Shown here: positions 26,001-40,225 of the stretch, in pieces
Position numbering within the stretch: position 1 is the first letter of the stretch
Layout: the number at the start of each line of letters is the position of its first letter
Assembly (NCBI GenBank): GCA_951406725.2
Contig: OX597819.1
Coordinates: 620,001-684,000, forward strand
Reading direction: 5' to 3'
Length of the DNA stretch: 64,000 nucleotides
Origin: Octopus vulgaris
Lineage: Eukaryota
Notes under the pieces: generated by a model
Database searches by the model: none
Told to the model about the DNA's origin: nothing
Seen by the model: the letters and a program-made list of their open reading frames with translations, nothing else
Translations under genes and position numbers: made by a program

Positions 26001-28206
26001 TACATTCTGGGTGAGATTATAGAGTTTCGGGTGGAAAGTATTTCTGATAGAGACTGGCCATACATTAAAATTACATGAAATAGACAATAAATGTATGAAT
26101 AGATTCAACATAATAATAATGTAATGTAAATAAGAGGAAAGTGTGACTATGTTAGTCATGTTATTCTGTATCTATATTGTATATATGCACATTGGCATGT
26201 ATGTATGTTTGTGTCTACAAAACAGTATACCTACAGATGTGTTTGTATATATAATATAATTATATAGTATTATTTAAATCTAAATTGCATAACATATAAC
26301 CAGTATTTAGAACCCCAAATACATCCTTATGTATCAAAAGAGAAAACTATAGAGAGTAGTCATATCATAGTTCAAATTTCTTTTCAATGGTCTCAGCAAC
26401 TTGAAAGATCACAAAGTACATAAACAAAATGAAACTGGAGAGTTTGCTCATAAATTATTTAGTTACATCATCTTACATGTATGTTAGTATCAATAATATC
26501 CATTATACTGGGAAAACTAATAAACAGGCTGTCATAAAATATTCAGATATTGCATAACAAACATAAATAACCTTTAGGATTTATAAAGGACATTGGGCAG
26601 TGTTACTGTATCAAAGACCATAACTGCTGTGTTAAAATAGATAAAAAAATTTCAATTCTAAGTGAAAAGACTAGTGAAGTTTCTTTATAATAGTAGAGAA
26701 GGGAATACATTTTACCTCCAGTGTGCCAGTGTTAATGGGCATCAATAAATGCTGGTATCAAATTTCAAAGCTCCCAACAGGACAATAATACATTTTATAT
26801 ATATTTGACAGCTAACCAATAATTACCGTCACGAATACTTGGGTGTGTGTTTGTATTTGTAGACACATACACGTATACATATATGTACACATATTTACAT
26901 ATACATAAGCACACACATGTATATACATATAGACATACATACACATATGCACAGACACGCACACACACACACATTCACAAGTTTAGTAGGACAAACAAGA
27001 ACAATAGATCTCAAAAGAAGAATCTTTATCTTTCATCCTTTACTTGTTTCAGTCACTGGATTGCATGTCATGCCGGGGCACCACCTTGAAGGGTTTAGCT
27101 GAACAAAACAACCCCAGTATTTATTTATTTTTTTAAAACCTGGTACTTATTCTTTTGGTCTCTTTTTCCAAACTGCTAAGTTACAGGGATGTAAAGAAAC
27201 CAACACTGGTTGTCAAGTGGTGGTAGAGATAAACACATACACACATAGATATACATAATGAGCATCTTTCAATTTCAGTCAACTAAATCCACTGACAAGG
27301 CTTTGATCAGCACAGGGCTAAGTAGAAGACACTTGTTCAAGGTGCCGTGCAATAGTGCATGACATCAGATTCATCATATGGAATGGATTATAACTCTTTC
27401 TGGCGCATTCAATTAAAAGTGAAATTAGAAAGCTGTATGAAAAATGCTTGTATTTTAAATAATCTACCTGTAAACTAAACAGTTACAAAAGTAAACAAAT
27501 AAATAAATAAATAAAGATTACATATTTTCCTACGAATACACACGTTCTTCACATGACCTCCTGATTTAATTTTTAATCAAGTGTTCACGAAAAAATGATA
27601 ATACTCTATATAAAGCAACAAACTCCCTGATTTGAAGACACTTTGATAAGTGGCCCTTGAGTCACTTTTGTTACTTTCTGCCAATTAAAAAAATAGAGTA
27701 CATGTTTACATTTATATACACTTACATATACTATGCACACACAGAGCTGCATATACATTCATAAACACACACATGCTTGTACAGATGTACTCAAATATAT
27801 GCAAGCACACATGTATATACATATACCTATGTAGAAATGTATATAAACACACGCACACACACACACACTCATACATATACAAATGTACAACTATATGTAT
27901 AATTGTTTATATACTCATATACATTGATAACTATGTGGGTCCTTATATTTATGCTCATACAAATGTGTACATCATTGTCATTTTAATGTCTGCTTTCTAC
28001 ACTCGCAAGGGCTGAAGTAGATTTTCTACAGTTCGATGACCTTCCTGCTGCCAACGGTCATCTGTTTCTAAGTAGGGTAATTCCCTGTAGTTGGACATGT
28101 TTTCACAGATGAGCGAAAACAAAGGACATTACTTGTTTACAACTATCACACAATATCAAGACAAGGAGGTACAAATCCTCACCCACCCACTTACACACAC
28201 ATATAT

Positions 28207-29520
28207 CATCATCATCGTTTAACATCCGCTTTCCATGCTAGCATGGGTTGGACGATTTGACTGAGGACTGGTGAACCAGATGGGTGCACCAGGCTCCAAT
28301 CTGATCTAGCAGAGTGTCTACAGCTGGATGCCCTTCCTAAAGCCAACCACTCCGAGAGTGTTGTGGGTGCTTTTACATGCCACTGGCATGAGGGCCAGTC
28401 AGGCGGTACTGGCAATGGCCACGCTCCAATAGTGTTTTTTATGAGCCACCTGCACAGGAGCCAGTCCAGCGGCACTGGCAACGGCCTCGCTCAAATGTTT
28501 TTTCACATGCCAGTAAGGCGATGCTGGTAACAATCATGCTCAGATGGTGCTTTTTATGTGCCACCGGCACACAAGCCCATTTGCTGCTCTGGCAACGATC
28601 ATGCCTGGATGGTGCTCTTAGTACTCCACTAGCATAGATGCCAGTCATCGAATTTGATTTCAATTTCACTTGCCTCAACAGGTCTTCACAAGCACAGTTT
28701 AGTGTCCAATGAAGGAAAGGCATGCATAAGTGGGCTGGTTACACTCCTGGCTTAGGTCTCACTCCTGGGTTATCGTCTCACTTGTCCTGCTGGGTCTTCT
28801 CATGCACTGCATATTTCCAAAGGTCTCAGTCACTAGTCATTGCCTTGGTGTGGCCTAATGTTTGAAGGTCATGCTTCACCACCTCATCCCAGCTCTTCCT
28901 GGGTCTACCTCTTCCACAGGTCCCCTCAAATACTAGGGTGTGGCACTTTTTCACACAGCTATCCTCATCCATTCTCGCCACATGACCATACCAGCACAGT
29001 CGTCTCTCTTGCACACCACATCTGATGCTTCTTAGGTCCAACTTTTCTCTCAAGGTACTTACACTCTGTCGAGTATGCACACTGACATTACACATCCATC
29101 TGATCATACTGGCTTCATTCCTTGTGAGCTTATGCATGTCCTCAGCAGTCACGGCCCATGTTTCACTGCCATGTAGCATGGCTGTTTGTACACATGCATC
29201 ATACAATCTACCTTTTACTCTGAGCGAGAGACCCTTTGTCACCAGCAGAGGTAAGAGCTCTCTGAACTTTGCGTAGGCTATGCTTATTCTAGCAGCTAAA
29301 CTTTCAGTGCACCCTCCCCTACTACTGACTTGGTTACCTAGGTAATGGAAGCTATCAACTACTTCTAGTTTTTCTCCCTGGAATGTGGCAGAAGTTGTTC
29401 TCTGCACATTTTCAGTGTTTATTGCTCCTGAGCATCTGCCACATACAAAACTATCTTCCCAGTTGGCCTTCCTTTGATATTGCTGCACCTCTTATGTGAC
29501 CATAGCTTACACTGGGTACA
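28207..29520 (-). mobile_element. 5'-truncated RTE-clade LINE with 3' UTR and (GAT)n tail
   Basis: 220-aa ORF (LEVVDSFHYLG...MLHGSETW...RRLCWYGHVARM...GRGRPRKSW); 3' UTR ends GTTAAACGATGATGATG. Confidence 0.9.
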
Positions 29521-29988
29521 ACACAAAAGGCTTCTTTCAGTTTTTTTTCAGGCTTTGATTGGTCTAAGGCTACAGCAGAAGACACTTTCCCAAAGTGCTA
29601 CTGGGGAACTGAACTGAAACCATGTGGTTAGAAGTGAACTTTTCAACTACACAGCCATTACTACTCTTTATGCACTATAGGTATATAGTGGCTATGTAGA
29701 AAAAACAAACTTAACATTAACAACAATTAGAAGAAAATAATTAGAACAACAATAATTTTAGTAGAATAGCATGAGCTTCTTTTTAGGTGGATGACTAGGG
29801 TGTTAATATTTGACTATAATTTTCTATTATGGTAACTAGAAGTAGATGAATGGTTTGCGATTTACCTTACTTTTTTTATTTAGTAGATGTGTTTTTTGGA
29901 AATTTCAAAATTTCTGAAAACTTTATGTATGCATGAAATTATACTTTTGCTTTTGTGATTTAGTAATTTATTACCATCTACAAGTATT

Positions 29989-30216
29989 TTAACCATTTTG
30001 TTACTGTATTTATTTTGAGATGCTGTGTGTTTCTTTCAGTTACTTTAAATATGATAAAGAATTTAGTAAAATAACTTAGTTATCATTAAGCTGGTGTTAG
30101 GAACATAGATTGTGACTAAGGTTTGGTGGAAGATTTTAATTCAAAACTTATGGAAACAAGACATTTGTTCTCAGAGCCAGAGCCGGTTTCAGCCGGGTTG
30201 GTATCGAAAGGGTTAA
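29989..30216 (+). mobile_element. piggyBac-like MITE, copy A (about 220 bp)
   Basis: TTAA-flanked with CC...GGG termini; closely similar to copies at 30393-30621 (inverted) and 31189-31416. Confidence 0.85.
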
Positions 30217-30392
30217 GAGATTCAATTGTGCAAAACCTACACCCGTATTTTGTTACCTGTACATGTTGGCACTGGAGCTATAATACTCATTGCAATACAA
30301 AAACAATACCCCTAGATTTTAAACTCCATATATATTCTGTTTGTGATGTTGGATGGCTTAATCTTTTGTTAGCAAATGTATTATAACAGCAC

Positions 30393-30621
30393 TGAATCCT
30401 TTCGTTACCAACCCAGCTGAAACCGGCTCTGGCTCTGAGTACAAATGTCTTGCTTTCATAAGTTTTGAATTAAAATCTTCCACCAAACCTTAGTCACAAT
30501 CTATGTTCCTAACACCAGCTGAATGATAACTAAGTTATTTTATTAAATTCTTTGTTATATTTAAAATTAATTGAAAGAAACAGAGAGCATCTCAAAATAA
30601 ATACAGCAATGAAAGGGTTAA
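30393..30621 (-). mobile_element. piggyBac-like MITE, copy B (inverted)
   Basis: Reverse complement of copy A; right TTAA at 30618-30621. Confidence 0.85.
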
Positions 30622-31188
30622 TGGGGTTCAAAGTGGAGCTGATATAATATCTACTGCTAGCTTGGGTAATGATATTGCAATTGTAGATTATGTTACTTAT
30701 AAAGATACTTACCTTCAAGAAGATATTGAATGGTTACAGGTAAGTGATTACTTTTAGGAAGTCCAAGGGAACCTATTAAACTTGTATTTTCTTGCTGCTT
30801 TTTAGGCTATTTTCTTCTTACTTCATTGCTTTTAGCAGAAACCACTGGAGTTTGGCATAATCTTTTAGCTTGCCAGCTCCAATCAAATCATCAAAACCAT
30901 GCCAACATGGAAAATGGATGTTAAATGATAATAATGATGATAAATACTATTATGCACATAGTATTATATTTGTCATTGCTATTAAAAGTAGGAAATCCCG
31001 TGACATGTAGGAGTTCTGTCTAAGTATTCTAAATGTTTGGGTTTATATAAGTTTATATCATTCTAGCCCTTGTTTTTTGAATGGTTAGCATGACTTAGTC
31101 TCAAGTTACTATATGCTGAGGATTTCTGGGGTTATGTCATCATTTCAACTTTTATTCCTGGAGTCACTTGTCATAGATTGAGCAGTAG

Positions 31189-31416
31189 TTAACCGTTTCC
31201 TTACTGTATTCATTTTGAGATGCTCTCTGTTTCTTTCAATTACTTTAAATATAACAAAGAATTCAGTAAAATAACTTAGTTATGATTCAGCTAGTGTTGG
31301 GAATATAAATTGTGACTAAGGTTTGGTGGAAGACTTTAATTCAAAACTTATGAAAGCAAGACATTTTTACTGAGAGCCAGAGCTGGTTTCAGCCAGGTTG
31401 GTAACAAAAGGGTTAA
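31189..31416 (+). mobile_element. piggyBac-like MITE, copy C
   Basis: TTAA at both ends; same orientation as copy A. Confidence 0.85.
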
Positions 31417-31497
31417 TGAAATGCATTTTAGATGACATTACAATATAACTTATGAACAAGCTTTCTAGATATGTTCATCTGCCTGTATCATACTAAC

Positions 31498-31563
31498 CTT
31501 TCAAGATGTAGTCAGTCAACAATGTTGGTACTTGGCTACTGTCTTCATTGATTGCCTGCAAAA
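31498..31563 (-). CDS. FEZ2: FEZ exon (ILQAINEDSSQVPTLLTDYILK)
   Basis: Matches FEZ C-terminal VPSLLTDYILK; tag| acceptor and |gttagt donor. Confidence 0.93.
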
Positions 31564-31789
31564 CTAAAAATAGATGCAAGAAACAAGTTATTAAATAATT
31601 AAATATCAAAGAAAAAACAATCCACACACATATTTTTATTGCCAACACTTATTTTTCAAGGCAAGTCTGTCAATACTTTTATTTAGATAAAATAAAACTT
31701 GTAGGTCATGATATAGTATTATAATCAATTGAAACACATATACACCATTATATTCACTTTTATTTTGTTATGATATTATCATCTAGTAT

Positions 31790-33240
31790 AATGCTTCTTC
31801 AGTTTTGTTCCTGACTTCAGCATCATGGCTTGGCAACGCCTCTGGTCCAGGGAGGTCAGTAGTAGCTGAAGGGAGAGATGAATCTATGTCTATATGTGTG
31901 CTTGTGTTTTCTATGGTGAACTGTAAGGTCATTGCAAGAAGGTTTCCATTTGGGGTGGGTTTGACATCATGGTTTGCTGTTGTATGTTGTAGATTCTGTT
32001 GTTGCTACTACTTCTGTAGTTGTTCAGATTTTGTTGTTACTGTGGTTGTCTATTTTGTTTTAGCTGCTGATGTTGCAGCTGTGTTTGTTTTTGCTGGTGC
32101 ATGCTTTGTTATAGTTGTTATGGAGGTGCAAGCTTTCTTTTTGCTTCTTTTTGTTGTGAGCAGAGAACCTTCAATTGGTTGGTACTATCACATAAGGATC
32201 ACCCCACTCTCCTCTCTTCCACAATAATATTTAGTTTTTGTCCAATGAGAAATTGTATATATGTAATTTTGTCTAGATTTTCTAGTTTGACTTGCATGAT
32301 AACTTTCAACCCAATTCCAGACTAGTTTTTCTGTCACTGTTTCTAGAAGAGAAATGGCTCTCTCTAGAATAATACACACCACTTCTCACTAGACATCTAA
32401 TTCCAGTGGCATGTCTGAAATTTTAATCTTCACTACATGCTTGACCAAGTATGGCAGAATGACAAGATCCTCACTCTAATGCATAGGACAATAGAGTGCC
32501 TTTGCGCATGTACACCAGAGAGGAATCTAACCTTGATACTATCATTGTTTGGGTTGAGTGATGAAGTTGATATCACTAGAAATTCCTATCAAGCACTTTT
32601 CTACTTGTGCATAGGTGGCTATTTCCTCTCAACAGTTTAGCCAATATACACCAATATACTATTTTCTGGGCTATTTCTTTTCCAAATGGTCTCTTGGTAC
32701 TAGCCAAGAAGCTGTTTAGTTTTCAAAGTCAACAAATTCCTGCATGCAATTCAATTATCTTTTCCTGCAAAAGTATATACTCAATATTTTGGGCAACTCC
32801 TGCAAAGGAGCTGGCCTTCTTTCTGCTAATGTTGCTGTTGCTGGTGGTGCTCCCAACTGCTTCAGAGAATGAGATACTGGTGGTGGAAGAGGTATCAACT
32901 GTATTAGTGTTGGTGTGATTTGTAGTATTTGTGACCATCAATCCAAAATGTGCTCTCATCATATCAGCTGTTATTAGTAGTAGTGTTTCCAGAAACCACA
33001 GTCAATCTGGTAGCAGCTATATTGGTGGTGGTAGAAGAGATGGTACAGTTATCACTTGTAGTGAAGGCAACATTGTGGTTGATGTTAAAGTACTTTATCT
33101 TCCTGTAGGACTATCAAGCTTGGAAAATTCTTACTTTTGCTGTTGTGGTTTTTGTTCTTGTTTTTCTTGTTTTTCTATCCATGTTTTTGTTACCATGACA
33201 ATGATATCACCATCAGTTTCAATTATAACATTATGAATGT
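31790..33240 (-). pseudogene. Degenerate gag-like / non-LTR ORF1 remnant
   Basis: Coding-like T/Q/K-rich fragments with stops and a decayed zinc knuckle IVEERRVG*SLCDSTNQLKVLCS (about 32155-32228). Confidence 0.45.
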
Positions 33241-33710
33241 AACAACTTGCAAATGAGAATCCCCCTCTCACTTTCTTTGTTATGCTCTTTTTACTTTCTC
33301 ACTCTTATTTTACTGCTTTAAACATTAATACAGAATCATTGAGCATCATTTTTTTAAAGAGAAAATGAAAATTCTGTAGATTTGAAACAACTGAAAACAT
33401 TCAGTATCCCTATTGGAGTGTCATTATGTAAAAAAAGAACAACACACAACTGAGCAGGTGCCTTCTCACATAATCATCATGTTTTAATGTTCACATTTCC
33501 ATGCTTGCATGGGTCAGACAGAATTTGCCAAGGCATTTTTGAAGGCCTGATTCCCTTTCTGTCATCAACTCCCACCTATTTTCAAGCAAGGTAATATTTC
33601 CCCATGGCCCGATATGTTTTTCATACAAGACTAAAAACACACAATATAGCTTGTATAACTATGATGCTCATTTACAATCACCATGTGATGTCAAGGGTAC
33701 ATATATACAT

Positions 33711-33814
<104 letters not shown>

Positions 33815-34744
33815 TCATCATCATTTAATGTCCTTTGCCCATGCTGGCATGGGTTGGACAGTTTGATCAGGGCTGGTAAGCTGGAAGGCGGCACCAGACT
33901 CCAGTCAGATTTGGCATGGTTTTCTATGGCTGGATACCCTTCCTAATGCCAACCACTCTGAGAGTGTAATGGGTGATGAAGTAGCATAGCATACACACAC
34001 ACACACATATATATATACACACACATACACACACACATATATATACACACACATACATATAGATATACATACATACATACACACACACATACATACATAT
34101 AAATATGCACACAAGTTTCTTTTAGTTTGTGTCCACCAAATCCATTCACAAGGTTCTATTTGGCCTGCGGCTATAGAAGAAGACACTTGCCCAAGGTGCT
34201 GAGCAGTGGGACTGAACCCCAAACCATATGGTTGGAAAGCAAGCTACTTAACCACACAGCCACACCTACTGTACAAAAACATATCAAGCAAACAACCACC
34301 AAGGAAGGTAGAAAAAGAAATTTTGGCGAAAAGTTAGTGCCCAAAATCAACATGGCTTCTTATTCCATAATAGACACCACCACCACCATCACTGACAACA
34401 ACAACGCTATTTGTAAAACTCATCTATATTGTCATAAAAATGTAATCTGAGCAAATTTTTCACTTTTTGTTAAGATGAAAAGGCAAACAGGTGGAATGAG
34501 AAGTTGAAAGTATTATTAATCCTTTAGGGTTGATAGCCTGTCAAATAAATTGCGATCAATTTTACAAGTTACACACCAATTTTTGAAACAGAGTCATTCC
34601 AATAACAGTAAACATTTCCTCAATGGTTTTCTAAATACGTACAATATGTATTTGCTTTTGTTTTAAGTATCCTGGGCCAATTTTAAATAAACAAGCTCTG
34701 TAACATGAAATAAGTGAGTTGATGCTATTAGTTTTAGATATAGA

Positions 34745-35211
34745 AATTAATCAAATGGAAATTGCAGCTGAGTTACCAGTGCCGGTGGCACGTAAGAGAA
34801 CCATCTGAACGTGGCCGTTGCCAGCGCTGCTCCGACTGGCCTCGTGCCGGTGGCACGTAAAAAGCACCATCCGTTCGTGGCCGTTGCCAGCGCCGCCCCC
34901 TCGTGCCGGTGGCATGTAAAAAGCACCATCCATTTGTGGCCGTTGCCAGCCTGGCCTGGCCACCGTGCCGGTGACACATAAAAAGCACCATCCGATCGTG
35001 GCCGTTTGCCAGACTCGTCTGGCACCTGTGCCAGTGGCACATAAAAAGCACCCACTACACTCGGTTGGCGTTAGGAAGGGCATCCAGCCGTAGAAACATT
35101 GCCAGATCAAACTGGGCCTGGTGCAGCCTTCTGGCTTCCCAGACCCCAGTTGAACCGTCCAACCCATGCTAGCATGGAAAGCGGACACTATACGATGATG
35201 ATGATGATGAT
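34745..35211 (+). mobile_element. RTE-type 3' end / RTE-tailed short element with 5 internal ~60-nt repeats
   Basis: Shares TTGGCGTTAGGAAGGGCATCCAGC...AACCCATGCTAGCATGGAAA and the (GAT)n tail with the RTE at 28207-29520. Confidence 0.85.
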
Positions 35212-35887
35212 ATTCTTCAACTTGCTTCAGTCATAGGACTTTGGCTATGCTTGGACACCACTTGGAAGGGTTTAGTTGATCAAATCAACCCCAGTGCATT
35301 TTTTCAAAGGGGTTAATACTTTGTCTCTTGTTGAACTGTGAAGTTATGAGGATGTAAACAAATTAACACCAGTTGTCAACTGGTGGTGGTGGCAGGACAG
35401 ACATAAAGACATGCACAACAGGCTTCGACACAATTTCTATCAACCAAATTCACACAGTTCGAGGTCATTAACTATATCAATTGACCAACAGCTGTAAAGT
35501 ATACAATGTAAAGTAGCATTACATTCTTCTATTTGAAGTCTTACATGTTAGAGTTTGTTCAACTATATCCCAGGCTCTGTTTCTAAACATAGCCATTTCT
35601 TTGTTGTGGTCATCTTACTTTAACAAATAAGTCTTTGAAAATGATTTTCTAGAAATCAGGAAAAAAAAGATTGGTTTTATTATGTTTTATAGTACTGATA
35701 TAGCTATATCCCAATTAGATAAATTATGTTAAGTAGAATTTGAAAACATTACTTTCAATTCTTCAAGCAGAATTTGATACTTCAACATGTGTGGTACTGA
35801 CAATTATTGCAAGTACAGGGCATTTCTTGTGATTAAGAAAAAAAGCTCCAAAGAAAAGAAATGCAGGAATAAAAACCAATAACTTAC

Positions 35888-35963
35888 TTTTAATATAAAT
35901 TTGGAGCTGTTCAGAGGCCGGTGGTCCAAGGAAGGGGTGATAAGGAATAACTGTAGTTAGATA
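35888..35963 (-). CDS. FEZ2: FEZ exon (YLTTVIPYHPFLGPPASEQLQIYIK)
   Basis: Conserved YLTTVIPY...GPP motif; canonical splice sites; phases compatible. Confidence 0.93.
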
Positions 35964-38214
35964 CTGTAAAAAGAATAATCATTTTATTTAATAAGAGTTT
36001 TGTAACTGTGTAAGAAAGAATTGAATGATCTTGACAATTTGGAAAATATTTTCCTATTATCAATTTTTAAAAAATTTAAAATTTTCAAATGATTTGGCTT
36101 GGAGAAAGGGTCAGTGTTCATGGCCTTCAGAGGTCTGCAGGAAGGGTCTATGCCCATAACCTTCAGAGCCCTCCTGGAACTGGTAAGATCAATGGTTACA
36201 GGAAAAAAATGTGCAGAAAACAATTTCCAGAGGGCCAAAATTCTCCAAAGGAAAGACCGAGTATAGTGGTTGGTGGAGGGTGTGGGAGGGTTGACAATAT
36301 GGAGAAGAGGTGACACAAAACCAGCTACATGGAGTAAAAGCCATTGTAGTGATAGAAAAAGATAGAGAGAAGGGACATGTCTATGGACCAGAGGTAGAAG
36401 TATGATGGCTGATAACATTATAATAATTAAGTGGTTTTTCTTTGGATGTAATCTAGGGTGTTTGTGTGTGTGTAGCAGAAACTGAGTCTCAGATGTGAAG
36501 TCTCACCTGAGCTTTGTAGAAAGTATTTTCTGGCTTTGAAGAGGAGGCCTTGTTTTTACGATGCAGTTTTTACTATGCAGAGGATGAATGTTCACTGGGT
36601 GAGATCCTCAATGGTGGTGAGACCTAGCATTTGTAGTGGTTTACATCTGGGGGATTAGAGTATGATAATGCTTTTGTGATATGATAGTGAAACGTGTCTC
36701 TGAGTTGTAAAAGGAGATAAAATTGGTACGAGTCTACTGGAGATGTTTTTGAAGGTGTTTCTTCATGGAGTCAGTGCAGAATGTTAGGAAAGAATGAAGG
36801 AAAGCATCATATGTGCAAGAGTGGCTATTGCTCAATGAATTATGACATAATTTATCTATGCAATTTATCATTTTGTAAAAAAAAAAAATCAAAAATTCAT
36901 TCCAATATAAACAAGATTATCCCCTTGGATCAGGTTTCAGAAAAAAAGAAAAATAAAGGAAAAGGAAACATTTACATGTTTACCTTATATTATACTGAAA
37001 GGTTAAAGTAAAACATCTATGACAACTTTTATATTGAGCATCATGACAAAGATAAAAAATATCAAATATATAATTTGATGCACTCTTTATAGAAAAATCC
37101 CATAAAAAAATGTTTTATTGGATTTATGATAACTAAATTTATAAGATACTAAGTAATTAAAATTTATATTAAATAAAGTTTAAGGAATAAAACAAATATT
37201 ATCATTGCAAACATTTAATTTATCTAAATATTTCTGGAGGGGAAGAATTAGATTTTTCTGTTCATACAAGCAGACAGAGTTCTAAACAATCTCTCTGGAG
37301 GAGATTTATTTATAGAAATTCAGTCCCACTTTGATTAGTAGAGTTTAAAGAAGGGCCTATAAATGAGATTGGCGGTTGATATAGAATTCGGAGAATGGAG
37401 ATGAGTACATTATAAAACACATAAGGAAAAAAGAGTGGTAGAACTTAGAACAATCATGTTTAGGATTGGGTTTAAAGATCCAGCAAGGAACAGATAGAAA
37501 GTTTTAGCAAGTAGAAGTATAATACCCATGTAAGTCAGTTATAACAGGAGCAGAGAATATATGGCAATTGGCAGGGAATTTTAGAGAGTTTATCAATCAA
37601 AAAGATGGATTTTCATTAGCTGTGTATAATGAATAAAGGATGATAGCAGTACATTATATTGGAACAGTTTTATAACTTGTAGAGCCAGGAGATAATGTAA
37701 TTCTTTACTTCAAAAGTTTCTGTTAAAAAGGCTAAAGCTATATTAAAAATATAAAGGCTTTTCAGTGTGTTACATTACCTACACTGAAACATAATTCTTC
37801 CCAATAGAAGCCTAAAACAATATTCTACAAAGGTGACAAAATAACCTAATCACAACCAATAGTGACAAAACACATGCATTATATATTTTATTGTAAAGAA
37901 GCTGCAAATGGTGTATTATTTTATTCATAGAAAATACACAGCTCAAAGCAAGACACTCACTGCAATTTATAAGTAACCTTTCATGGTGACCGAATTTCAT
38001 CAAGGCCCATGATACTTTTGTTACTCAAGTGGATACATGTAGATCTGATGTCTCTTATGTATATGTTTGAAGATGGTGAGACAGCTCGAGTAAACAATGA
38101 TAAGAGAGAGAGAGGGGTGAAGTGTTGGAAAGTGGTCCAGATAAGTCCTATGATGTCCCTAGTTACCCTGGAAGCAATGTATGGAACATCAAAACAAATT
38201 TCATTTATACTTAC

Positions 38215-38462
38215 TGTTCCAGCACCTTCTGCCAATGCATTATTAACTTTTACTCTTTTCTTCTTTTTGTCAACATTGTTTTCACGTCTTTTTTTCTGAA
38301 GAGTCAGCAGTAGAGAGATGAACTGATTCTTGAGTTCCTTGTCATATTCAAGCTCATCACGTAAGGCTAGTTCAGTGACTAGAGTTTCTGATAGCTCTTT
38401 TATGGTCAGCTCAAATTGGGCAAGTAACTCATTCAGAGCTGCCGTTGACATGCTTTTCATCT
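38215..38462 (-). CDS. FEZ2: FEZ/UNC-76 family exon, coiled-coil (LNELL...IKELSETLVTELALRDELEYDKELKNQFISLLL)
   Basis: Strong match to the FEZ signature LALRDELEFEKEVKNSFIS; cag|AG acceptor and ACA|gtaagt donor. Confidence 0.95.
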
Positions 38463-39456
38463 CTGAAAATATACAAGAATATTTTTCTTTTGGTCACATG
38501 AATTCATATTTAATTTATTGTTTTATATAATTTTCTTCTTTTTGTATATTATTTAAGACTCTCTATTTCTGACAAAGCAATTATATAATAACTATTTTTT
38601 AATCTTTTACCTTTTACTTGTACTGTGGCAATGCTGGGGCACCACCTTAAAGAATTTTTTAGTCAAATAATTCAACCCCAGTATTTATTGTTTTTTAAAG
38701 CCTAGTACTTATTCTATTGGTTTCTTTTGCTGAACTCTTAAGTTACAGGAATGTAAACACATCAACACCAGTTGTAAAGTGGTGTTGGAGAACAAACACA
38801 AATACAAAGGCATACACAACAAGCTTCCTTCAGTTTCCATTCACCAAATCCACTCACAAAGCTTTGATTGGCCTAAGGCTAAACACAAAGTTTTATAATC
38901 ATCTAAGCAAATATCATCTTATAACTTTGTTTTTCAACATAAACACAGGTGCAATTTTTGATAGTTTGTTACAATGTTAATATTTTCCATCTAAATCGAG
39001 TTAATATTAATTTTTTTGCTTGATACTAAAACTCAGGGATACAACAACTATTTAAAATTTATGAGTATTGTATATTATTCATGCAAAATTAATAAAACTA
39101 CTACCTCCAGAGAAAACTTGAAGTGAATGTATACAAAAAATTAATACTATAGTCTACAATTCCCTAATACAATTGTCTCAAACATTAAAACTCCAAGTTC
39201 AAAGTCTTAATTTTCAGGATTTCGGGCTCAATACATAGAAAGATATAATTAAAAAAACCTTCAAAAAATTTAACCAAACTCAACATATGTAATCTAAAAG
39301 TTTGGTAATGTTTCAGTAGCCTGGACAGAATAATTACAAAGTTGTTAAACTTTAACACCTTCAGTTATTAAATGAGTATCATCTCTACATTATAATAAGC
39401 TGATATAAATGTTAGTTGATTGCTTGATTTCTCCAGTCACATTTTACATTGTACAA

Positions 39457-39518
<62 letters not shown>

Positions 39519-40225
39519 AAGAGATTGATTTAACATCGAGTTGATTGAGGAACATTGAAATTGACAAGCAATAGGAGGATGGTAAAAATGAGAAAAGTTA
39601 CATAGTTGATGGATGCCAAATGAAGGCCACATGCTTTACACACACCTACAATAGCATGATAAACTTGACAAAGAAGCAGTTGGTTTACCCAACCATATAT
39701 ATAGATGTGTATATGTATATGTGCGTGTATATATGTATTGTATATATGTGTGTATATGTGTATGTGTGTGTATATGTATTGTATGTATGTGTGTGTGTAT
39801 GTTCTATCTCTCTAAAATAACAACCAATATGTTGGTTGGTCGATTTCTTTGTGCTGTACATCATATAAAGAGATAAAGAGAGGAAATAAAAGAGAGATAC
39901 AGAGAGAGTTAAAAATAAGAGGTGCTGGATGAAATCATATATTAGGCTCTGTGGAAGCCAATGAGTAAAGAAATGCAACACACAAAGTGAGAGTGAAAGA
40001 ATCATAGAAACGGAGGAGGAGGAGGAGGAGGAAGAGAGGGAGTATATGATGGTAGTTGGCTGTAGCTGTAAAAGATTCTGCAATAGTTAATATTTATTGT
40101 AAGGAATGTTTTCTTTAGGTACTTTTTAAGTTGTTTGTCAGCAGAATATGATTTATAGCATTAATCACTAGGGAATTTGATAACTTAGGAATTTATAGAA
40201 AACTGTTCCAAATATATATATGACT

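Noticed and set aside
34778-35055. CRISPR-like appearance (hairpin repeat with variable intervals)
   Set aside because: The intervals are short and mutually related, the array lies in a eukaryotic retroelement tail present in several copies, and no cas genes are present.
36070-36800. 144-aa minus-strand ORF next to a FEZ exon
   Set aside because: Resembles a decayed LINE 3' end (HYTRSFLWR...LWK) rather than a host exon; too degraded to classify.
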